The notes under the pieces were generated by a model that was given only the letters and a program-made list of their open reading frames with translations, did not search any database and was not told the DNA's origin. Below, piece after piece: positions 36,453 through 43,537 of a stretch of 43,537 nt of DNA (position 1 is the first letter of the stretch; each line of letters starts with the position of its first letter). Location: positions 1 to 43,537 of the IMG/VR virus record IMGVR_UViG_3300017757_000027. The stretch is one strand, 5' to 3'. This stretch comes from a virus (Duplodnaviria; Caudoviricetes). Both the position numbers and the translations under genes were made by a program.

Positions 36453-37262
36453 TTTGAAATCTCCTATTTGAAACTTAGAATCAGATTCGTTAAAATTAAA
36501 ATTAGCTGTGCTTTTATTATTTAGTATAACACTTCTTGGGTTGGCTGGTTTTGAGACCAAGCCTTTACCAGAAAAGGAAATATTTTTAAGCGCACGACCT
36601 ACTTTGTATCCTTCATACTGTCCACTACCTCCATAAGCACGTAAGTGCTTAGTTAGGAATGCAGAGTCTTCGCCCCTAGCTAATACTTTAGCATCTCCCT
36701 TGTCGTTCAGTAAAGCGTAGTCAAATCCCGCAAACAGACACTCCATAGAAACATACCACTTGCCTTCATTCATCTCAGCAATGATACTTTTCATACGGTC
36801 TCTATTTTCTTCTCCTGTCCAGCTATTATAAAGCACCGCTTGAGTGATTATATCAAACTCATCTGGTCTAGCTAGATCCTCGTCATCTGCAACTGCCTTA
36901 CCGTCTTTAGTCAAGACGTAACTTCCCGTTATATGCCCAATGATATCATTTTCATCGTGCATAAAATTAAATTGTTTATCTTCAGGTGTGTTTCTTGCTG
37001 CCCAAGTTGGTTCCGGCATAAACACGTCATCATTTTTGTTCCACCCGCAAGAAACCAAAACAGACTCAATATAATGCAAGTCTATTTGGTCTTTATTCTC
37101 AGCAAGAACTTTATTCAATACTTCCTTGTCTGAGATAATCTCTTTGGCAGTAACAATATCGCCCGTGTAAACTGTAGCCTCGGAGCAATACGCAACACTG
37201 GCCGTAATCTTAACGAGATCGCCAATGCCATCGTCTATTTCTTTTTGAAAAATTTTAATCAT
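35754..37262 (-). CDS. Prohead protease-scaffold fusion (502 aa)
   Basis: NKNDDVF, FMHD...IIGH, VSMEC and FSGKGLVSKPANPRS motifs, followed by an E/K-rich coiled coil. Confidence 0.8.
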   Translation of the reverse strand: MIKIFQKEIDDGIGDLVKITASVAYCSEATVYTGDIVTAKEIISDKEVLNKVLAENKDQIDLHYIESVLVSCGWNKNDDVFMPEPTWAARNTPEDKQFNFMHDENDIIGHITGSYVLTKDGKAVADDEDLARPDEFDIITQAVLYNSWTGEENRDRMKSIIAEMNEGKWYVSMECLFAGFDYALLNDKGDAKVLARGEDSAFLTKHLRAYGGSGQYEGYKVGRALKNISFSGKGLVSKPANPRSVILNNKSTANFNFNESDSKFQIGDFKMSDTSLLEKQLEDVKAQLSQAKSENEAIKAQIEEVKDKEFASKVEVYESEANQSQATITELEDSIKSTQARVAELEDSLASSQNELVQAMKEMDEMKKKEKMEKRKASLVEAGLNEEEVEESIANLDALSEEAFDAIVAMMKKKEDEKAMKMKPTAEEDAEAAMPPALKEALEKKKKDKEAKADEVEEEVTAEDFEGVQTSEATLVESDEYDEVEATRASVAAWFDNNRISK

Positions 37263-37278
37263 GTTTTTACCTCAGAAC

Positions 37279-37289
37279 ATTATACACAA
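37279..37289 (-). promoter_or_regulatory. Putative late promoter TTGTGTATAAT
   Basis: Intergenic, upstream of the protease gene. Confidence 0.7.
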
Positions 37290-37313
37290 AATATTTATTT
37301 TTTTCTCAAAACG

Positions 37314-39302
37314 CTATTTTTCGCCTACAAATTGCTCTACATAAAGTCCTACGACCATCTTTTTATAGCCATCCATACTAGTACTGGTGGTTCTTATTTG
37401 CTTATACTCTTTGGGTACTAAATTGTTTGAAGACAATGCTTTATGTAGGTTTTTGTCTGAGAGTTCGCACATAGGCTCAAGAGCAAGAAAGGCTGCCAAT
37501 TTAATATTTTCTAATTCTTTTGACTCATGTTTAGTTAACTGTCTAGCATTAGACTTTTCTTTTATTTCTAAATAACCTTTGTTTATATTTTCAGTATACT
37601 CAAATGCAGATGTAGACCACACGACAAGCTCTGCAACCCCCGGCTTACTCTTGGGTGTTTCAACCCTTTTCTTTCTTGGACCCTCATCTGGAGTGAGTGG
37701 AGGGCGACCATTCTCCTTAACCTCTTGTTTTTTCTTACTATCTTGTTGTTTGACTTGCTTATCAATCTTTTCAAGGTCTTTTTTATGGTTAGCATTGTGG
37801 AATGGACTTGCCTTATCTGGCAGTTTTTCTTTATTTCTAGCTTTATCTTCTCTTTGCAGTCTCATCCTTTCTACGGATGGTATCTCTTTAAATCTTTCAA
37901 GAACAGTTTCATGAGAAATAATGTCCCTGTCAGCAAGTTGGATTAACAGATTCTTTTCTGCTGACTCGTCAGAGAGGCTCATATGGTTGAAAACAACATG
38001 TGCTGGCTTTCTGAACCCCATAGCTTTTCTTACAATTTCAATTTCTTTTTCCCAGAATTTTGTAAGCTGGTCTCTTCCGTACTGCAACCTTTCTACTAAA
38101 GTTTTTAATGAGATAAAGTTGTTTGTAAATCCGCCGCCGTTTGTAGCCATACCTGTTAGGGTTGGGGGAACTCCAAGTCCAGCGTATATACTGTTTAATA
38201 CAGATGTGTATTTTTCAGAACCTAAAAACTTGTAAACTTGACTGTTTGACTCTGTGTAAGAAAGCTCTGGACCCCAAACAAGCTCCATCGTTCCTCCTCC
38301 TACATTACTAGCAAGGATATTTCTTAGCTTATTAATAGCAGCTTTATTTGGTAATATCTTATGATCCAAACTACCAATCGTCCATAGTCGGATGTTAGAT
38401 ATAGCCCCATCAAGTGCAGACAGATCAGCAAGTCTCATTTTCTCCAGCATGATGATATCATCTAAAATAGCATAGGTGAGCGGATGCGCCCACTGCTGCC
38501 AATCGTCTTTTTTATAGTAATGAACTGAGAGTTTTTCTGGATCTAGCGAGATTTTTCTCTGACCACTTTTATATGCTGTTTTAACGTTTGGTGGTAAGGT
38601 ATCTAGCAATTTCGCTGGAATAGCGCCATCTTTAAAATTGTCAAAAAATGAATTTGATGAAATTTGATAGTTATTTTTTCTACCTAAAAATAGATTTATG
38701 TCTCCATCTTTCATGTCTACAGTTAGTGGGTTGAAGAAATTATATCTCCAAGGTATTTCATTTTGTTTTATACTTGGTATCTCAACTCGTATATCACTAC
38801 CCATAGATTTAATAAACTTTGTTATCTGGGGAGTAATTGTCGCAGTGCTTCTATATGCAAACACCTGTCCTGTTCTGTACAAATTGTTTAAAAATCTTTC
38901 TGATCTCTCTTTTCCGTCACATTTTTTAAACCATTGCTGAAAGAATTTTTCTGCGCTCTTGTTCTCGTGTACGATATTTATACCTTGAGTACCAAAGTCA
39001 CCCATCAAATCAATTACATTCCGAACGATACCAACTTTATCATAAGCGTCCATACACATTTTTATAATGCGTTTTGCTTTGCGGGGTACTTGCTCTTCTG
39101 GTCTGAAAGCATAATAGTCAGAACCAGTAAAGGATGGTCTAGCGGATCTGTTTGGCTCTATATCAAGAAATTCCCTGTGATATCCTTTAGCCACACCTTC
39201 GTAGGACTCAATTGAGTCTGAAAAACTCTCAAAAGCTCTCGCTTTGCTATTTGGATCTGCATCATTCCAAGTTATTAATGAGTCATTAATATCATTATCC
39301 AT
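37314..39302 (-). CDS. Portal protein (662 aa)
   Basis: Follows terminase; VRNVIDLMGDF, LGVPPTL, IISHETVLE and GRPP tail motifs. Confidence 0.85.
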   Translation of the reverse strand: MDNDINDSLITWNDADPNSKARAFESFSDSIESYEGVAKGYHREFLDIEPNRSARPSFTGSDYYAFRPEEQVPRKAKRIIKMCMDAYDKVGIVRNVIDLMGDFGTQGINIVHENKSAEKFFQQWFKKCDGKERSERFLNNLYRTGQVFAYRSTATITPQITKFIKSMGSDIRVEIPSIKQNEIPWRYNFFNPLTVDMKDGDINLFLGRKNNYQISSNSFFDNFKDGAIPAKLLDTLPPNVKTAYKSGQRKISLDPEKLSVHYYKKDDWQQWAHPLTYAILDDIIMLEKMRLADLSALDGAISNIRLWTIGSLDHKILPNKAAINKLRNILASNVGGGTMELVWGPELSYTESNSQVYKFLGSEKYTSVLNSIYAGLGVPPTLTGMATNGGGFTNNFISLKTLVERLQYGRDQLTKFWEKEIEIVRKAMGFRKPAHVVFNHMSLSDESAEKNLLIQLADRDIISHETVLERFKEIPSVERMRLQREDKARNKEKLPDKASPFHNANHKKDLEKIDKQVKQQDSKKKQEVKENGRPPLTPDEGPRKKRVETPKSKPGVAELVVWSTSAFEYTENINKGYLEIKEKSNARQLTKHESKELENIKLAAFLALEPMCELSDKNLHKALSSNNLVPKEYKQIRTTSTSMDGYKKMVVGLYVEQFVGEK

Positions 39303-39343
39303 CGTGAAAACCTTTAATTAGATTGTAATTGAACTGGTATTAG

Positions 39344-39354
39344 ATTATACACAA
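39344..39354 (-). promoter_or_regulatory. Putative late promoter TTGTGTATAAT
   Basis: Directly after the terminase stop, upstream of portal. Confidence 0.7.
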
Positions 39355-41337
39355 TTAGTAAGCATCATTGATACTATCTGTAAACCAGTTTGGACCTGAA
39401 TAAAGACTTCCACCGCTCTTTTGTTTTTCATCTTTTTCCATAGTAGCAAAACCACCATAGAAGTTATATGACACTGGATCTGGAGTTTTTGCTATTGTTC
39501 TCGCCGCCATATTAGCCATAATTAAAGAAGAGTAACGGTCCTTTCTCTGTTTTCCCTTTTTACCTGTACCAATAACGGTTGATGGTGTATCCCATTTATC
39601 TCTACCTGTCGCTGTTTGCGTAATCTGGATCATAGTTAGCTCGTCTTTGAGGTCTTCTATCTCTAGAACACACTGTTCAAGTGTATCAAAGACTCTTCCT
39701 TTTAGCCCATCTTCAGCGTTTGATATGCCTAAAGAAACAGCATCAAACATAGGAAACAATATAGCTTTATCTTCAAGGTCTTTCCTTAGACCGTGGTTTG
39801 CTTCCGCCAACCAGTCATACTTTGCAAACTGACACATCTCTAAAATGTGTAATCCTCGCTGATCATCCGTGTCTTTAGGTTTATCGTCGTCTATTGTGGG
39901 CCATATGGGTAGCTCCCCCTCTTCAATCTTATCAGTATCATGTAAAGACTCTGAAACCGCTATACCTCCACCTTGGGCGTCTAGAGCGATGTGAACACAG
40001 GGAAAGAGTTTCATCAAGTCTCTAATCTTTCTCGCGCAATATGCATAGAAATCGCTTTCTTTTGAAAAGCCTTTTTTAACCTTTTCTTTATGCTGATCTC
40101 TATTTGTCGTCCAGCAGTGAACTATTCTTCTGTGATCATCATTTAACTCTAAAACGACAATACTAAAATTATCAACCTCGGAAGCTGGGTCAACACCAAA
40201 GACGTATTTCTTGTTAGGATCTCCCCTTAGTTGCGCCTGAAAAACAACATCTTCGTTTTTAGAATTTTTTATAGGGCTAAGGTCGCTTGTTACGCAGCTT
40301 TCTATTAGAGTTCTTTTAAAGAAGCCCTGAGAATCGCGTGTAAAGCACGCTCCAAACTCCATTTGATATATCCCAGCATGGACTGTTGCCTTTGATCTGG
40401 CGACCTGTGAGGCGTCCATAAAGCCTTCTGGTAGAAGCTCATAAGGTATTCTTATGACAGAGTAATCCTTCCAGTTAAAATCGTTTGGTGGATCTTCACC
40501 AAAGATTTCCCTAAGCTTGTTCTTTCTACCTTGACTTTGAATTATTGATTTCCATTTTTTCCAGTACTCAGCAAAGTGATTAAAGTCATAATAAGCAGTA
40601 CCGCTCAATATAATTTGGTTGTCTCTTTTCTTTATTATGTCTTTACTTTCTTGTTCTATATCTAAACCTAGTTCTTCAGCTTTTCTTTTTGCTGCGATTT
40701 TTTTAACATTTTCTATAGGATCAGAGCTAACAGCAGCAAAACCAGCGACAACTGTTTCAAAGATATCTCTAGGAATGGAAGCGAACTCATCGCTAATAAT
40801 ATCATTAGCTCTCTGACCTCTAATTTTTTGTCCGTCACCCAGAGGGAGGCAAGTGACGCGAGACTTATTGATACGCATAACGCAACGATCAACATCTCGT
40901 CTTGGCCCACTACTTGAATCGCACATACTCCTTAATATAGGTGAGTTATTCCAAATTGTTTCCATGTACTCAAACAAAACCTTAGACTGCCTAAAGGCTG
41001 CACCAACAACCACAACTTTTCTTTCTGGTAAAATTAAAGCTCTAATCATGGAGTATAAAGATAATATAAATGACTTACCAAAACCACGACTAGCTATAAG
41101 CATTGGGAATTTACGATTCCATAGCTCGCATAGAAACAAGGCTTGGGATGGTAAAATATTTATGTTGAAAACATGTTTACATAAGAAAGAAAAATATTCC
41201 GGCCTAGTCATAAGCCAAGTTAATTTTAAATGGTAATCTTCATCTCTAAGATCAACTAAATCAAATGGATTAAATACATCACGGTCGGGTATATCTAAAT
41301 TCAACCAAGCTTCATCTATATTTTTAAGATTTGACAT
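39355..41337 (-). CDS. terL: Terminase large subunit (660 aa)
   Basis: Walker A SRGFGKS, Walker B IISDE, motif III LSGT, nuclease motifs GVDPA and KDRYSS. Confidence 0.93.
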   Translation of the reverse strand: MSNLKNIDEAWLNLDIPDRDVFNPFDLVDLRDEDYHLKLTWLMTRPEYFSFLCKHVFNINILPSQALFLCELWNRKFPMLIASRGFGKSFILSLYSMIRALILPERKVVVVGAAFRQSKVLFEYMETIWNNSPILRSMCDSSSGPRRDVDRCVMRINKSRVTCLPLGDGQKIRGQRANDIISDEFASIPRDIFETVVAGFAAVSSDPIENVKKIAAKRKAEELGLDIEQESKDIIKKRDNQIILSGTAYYDFNHFAEYWKKWKSIIQSQGRKNKLREIFGEDPPNDFNWKDYSVIRIPYELLPEGFMDASQVARSKATVHAGIYQMEFGACFTRDSQGFFKRTLIESCVTSDLSPIKNSKNEDVVFQAQLRGDPNKKYVFGVDPASEVDNFSIVVLELNDDHRRIVHCWTTNRDQHKEKVKKGFSKESDFYAYCARKIRDLMKLFPCVHIALDAQGGGIAVSESLHDTDKIEEGELPIWPTIDDDKPKDTDDQRGLHILEMCQFAKYDWLAEANHGLRKDLEDKAILFPMFDAVSLGISNAEDGLKGRVFDTLEQCVLEIEDLKDELTMIQITQTATGRDKWDTPSTVIGTGKKGKQRKDRYSSLIMANMAARTIAKTPDPVSYNFYGGFATMEKDEKQKSGGSLYSGPNWFTDSINDAY

Positions 41338-41340
41338 AGA

Positions 41341-41994
41341 TTATTTTAAACTTTCTATATTCGGGTATTTTCTTGTCTCAAGCACTGCGTCTGCAAAACC
41401 GTAATAAACTGTTTCATTAGCGTCTAAATACCAGTCTCCATCTTTTAATTTTCTTTTTAAATAATTTCTAACCTTTTCTTCAGTCAATTCTTTGTAATGC
41501 TCTTTAAAGTATTTGCCTTTTACGCAACCTTCAGCGTAGATGTCAACCATAGTTTCTGTGTTACGCTTATCTACTTTTGCGTAATTATGAGCGCTTAGGT
41601 GATCACCAGAGCAATCCACAGATCCGTAATGCAGCATGAAGTGAGCATTTGGTGTCAGTATTCTTTTATCCGCAGCTTGAAGTATAATACTACTCATGGA
41701 TTCTGCTTGACCGTAAGCTACTATGGTAACATAAGACCTGCAAAGACAAATAGCGTCAAATATTGCCATTCCATTTGACCATTCTCCACCCTCACTAAGC
41801 ATATGAATAATAATTGGCTCTTGGTTTATGCAATCAAGCACTCTGAGGTTTTTGTAGAAGTTTGCAGCCATCCTGTATTCTACACCGGGATCATCATCCG
41901 TATTTCCAACATATCCGTGTAAATATAGCTCTCTGTTTTTAATGTCCAGTCCATAAGAATGAACGTCTGAAATAGTGTCTATAGACAAACTCAT
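41341..41994 (-). CDS. ClpP-like (S14) serine protease (217 aa)
   Basis: SEGG...AIFDAI, AESMSSIILQA (Ser), FMLH (His), DWYL...YGFAD (Asp). Confidence 0.88.
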   Translation of the reverse strand: MSLSIDTISDVHSYGLDIKNRELYLHGYVGNTDDDPGVEYRMAANFYKNLRVLDCINQEPIIIHMLSEGGEWSNGMAIFDAICLCRSYVTIVAYGQAESMSSIILQAADKRILTPNAHFMLHYGSVDCSGDHLSAHNYAKVDKRNTETMVDIYAEGCVKGKYFKEHYKELTEEKVRNYLKRKLKDGDWYLDANETVYYGFADAVLETRKYPNIESLK

Positions 41995-42004
41995 CTAAAA
42001 GCTC

Positions 42005-42490
42005 CTAAGTGTATAGTTCATTAATACGCTTTAATATACTTAAAACTGCCCACTTTGCATGTTTTTTGCAATCGCAGAATAATACATGAATGTCATGCTT
42101 CATTTGAAATTCCATAATTTTTCTAAGCATAAATTTATTTGTTACTTTAAGTTTACCCCAGTCATCCTCTGGTATACCTGATCGTTCTGGAAAATCCATT
42201 AGGTCTGAAAGAGAAAATTCTAATACTATAAATCTATGAGGAAATTCTTTCATTCTTTCTATTTCTTTATGAAACCTTATAGTATCATGCCCTATATTGT
42301 TTGCGAATTCAGTAACACTAGCTTTTCTTTCTATGCATATCTTCTCTTCTAGTCCTTTTATGGAATAATCTCCGGTATCTAATTTTTCTAAAACCATACC
42401 GTTGCACTTGTGATATCTAGAGTGACTACGCTCAAAAGTGTAACCTTCTTGCTCTCTAGTGTCTTTTATTATAGTAAAGGGTTTAGGCAT
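42005..42490 (-). CDS. ERCC4-domain (XPF/Mus81-like) nuclease (161 aa)
   Basis: DTREQ, GDYS and IERK motifs. Confidence 0.85.
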   Translation of the reverse strand: MPKPFTIIKDTREQEGYTFERSHSRYHKCNGMVLEKLDTGDYSIKGLEEKICIERKASVTEFANNIGHDTIRFHKEIERMKEFPHRFIVLEFSLSDLMDFPERSGIPEDDWGKLKVTNKFMLRKIMEFQMKHDIHVLFCDCKKHAKWAVLSILKRINELYT

Positions 42491-42749
42491 TTTTGTCTCT
42501 CACTATTTCGGAAAATAATTTTTCATAAAATACTTCGTTCCTGTTCACTTTACTGTGGCAGTAACGACATAAAGTTATACCGTTGTCTATATCAAACCTT
42601 AAAGAAGAAGCAGAAGACCATTTCCTAATGTGGTGTACTTGTAAATATTTTTTATGTTTACACGAAGGCATTTGGCACTTGTAGCCGTCTCTTTTAAGAA
42701 CGTCTTTTCTCCACTTTTCATAAACTGGATCGTGATAATTTCTTTTCAT
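42483..42749 (-). CDS. HNH endonuclease (88 aa)
   Basis: RDGYKCQMPSC...VHHI...NGITLCRYCH. Confidence 0.9.
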   Translation of the reverse strand: MKRNYHDPVYEKWRKDVLKRDGYKCQMPSCKHKKYLQVHHIRKWSSASSLRFDIDNGITLCRYCHSKVNRNEVFYEKLFSEIVRDKNA

Positions 42750-42997
42750 TTAGGTACTATAGCTTTTTTTACTGATACGTCTTGTAAGATTTCTACAACA
42801 AGCTCTGCTGTCTTAGAGGATGAGTCTTGTTTTAGTATGACTGAAGCAAATCTAAAAGTAGCTAAAAAACAGGCTTCATCTGGATCGTTAGCTTCTACAA
42901 AAATTATTGGTCTTTCATGATTAAATTCTTTCAATTGAAAGGAGATTAGTCTTGGTAAAACCAAAGTTAAGTCTAGCTCTACCTTATATATTTTCAT
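42746..42997 (-). CDS. Hypothetical protein (83 aa)
   Basis: ATGA overlaps on both sides. Confidence 0.75.
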   Translation of the reverse strand: MKIYKVELDLTLVLPRLISFQLKEFNHERPIIFVEANDPDEACFLATFRFASVILKQDSSSKTAELVVEILQDVSVKKAIVPK

Positions 42998-43536
42998 TTT
43001 GTGTCATGATCTACCATTAATTTAACTAAATCTTCAAAGCTGTATTTAGGACTCCATCCTAAAATTTCGTTTGCTTTACTACAATCACCCTTTAAATAAT
43101 CTACTTCTGCTGGTCTATAAAACTCTGGATCTTGAACTACTAAGTCAGACCAATCTTCTATATCAATAGATGAAAACGCTACGTCTAGGAACTCGCGAAT
43201 AGTATGAGTCTCGCCGGTGCAGATAACAAAGTCCTGTGGACTATCCTGTTGGAGCATCATCCACATCGCTTCCACGTAATCTCCTGCGTACCCCCAATCT
43301 CTAAATGCTTCTAAGTTGCCTAGACGCAGCTTTGAAAATTCTGGATCTCGTCCGCTTTTTACGAATTCTCCAATCCATTTTGTAATCTTTCTCGTTACAA
43401 AATTCTCGCCTCTACGTGGCCCTTCGTGATTAAATAAGATTCCGGCACTTGCATGTATATTATAACCGTCACGAAATAATGCAGTCATATAATGAGCGGC
43501 ACATTTAGCAATCGCATATGGGCTTTGCGGCATAAA
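42994..43536 (-). CDS. gmd: GDP-mannose 4,6-dehydratase, C-terminal half (start lies outside the window)
   Basis: SPYAIAK (YxxxK), GILFNHEGPRRGENFVTRKIT and LGNL...RDWGYAGDYVEAMW motifs. Confidence 0.93.
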   Translation of the reverse strand, partial: FMPQSPYAIAKCAAHYMTALFRDGYNIHASAGILFNHEGPRRGENFVTRKITKWIGEFVKSGRDPEFSKLRLGNLEAFRDWGYAGDYVEAMWMMLQQDSPQDFVICTGETHTIREFLDVAFSSIDIEDWSDLVVQDPEFYRPAEVDYLKGDCSKANEILGWSPKYSFEDLVKLMVDHDTK

Positions 43537-43537
43537 C

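Noticed and set aside
39355-41337. Intein or intron in terL
   Set aside because: Continuous ORF with normally spaced motifs and no splicing signatures.
1-43537. Stop-codon reassignment, tRNA genes or a tail sheath
   Set aside because: TAA, TAG and TGA all end genes at tight junctions; intergenic gaps are short with no cloverleaf noticed; no sheath-like ORF next to the tube.

Overview
Morphogenesis region of a large tailed dsDNA phage, siphovirus-like because it has a tape measure protein and tail tube but no sheath. All credible genes are on the minus strand, use the standard genetic code and mostly have Shine-Dalgarno sites. Order in the direction of transcription (right to left): gmd (partial), HNH and ERCC4 nucleases, ClpP-like protease, terminase large subunit, portal, prohead protease with a nested scaffold start, decoration protein and major capsid protein. 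Then comes a ~26 kb block of fibre/lectin/appendage genes with modifying enzymes, followed by neck proteins, a duplicated-domain tail tube, two paralogous chaperone-like genes and the tape measure protein (partial). Highlights: (1) Cys/Thr-rich mucin-like proteins lie next to a glycosyltransferase with polypeptide-GalNAc-transferase-like motifs, suggesting phage-encoded mucin-type O-glycosylation of the virion. (2) Ser-Gly dipeptides are strongly enriched in unrelated appendage proteins. (3) A leader-ORF/hairpin element covers the start of the longer chaperone paralog, possibly replacing the usual G/GT frameshift. (4) A GTGTATA(AT) promoter-like motif recurs in intergenic gaps. All assignments come from motif recognition and synteny; no searches were run.
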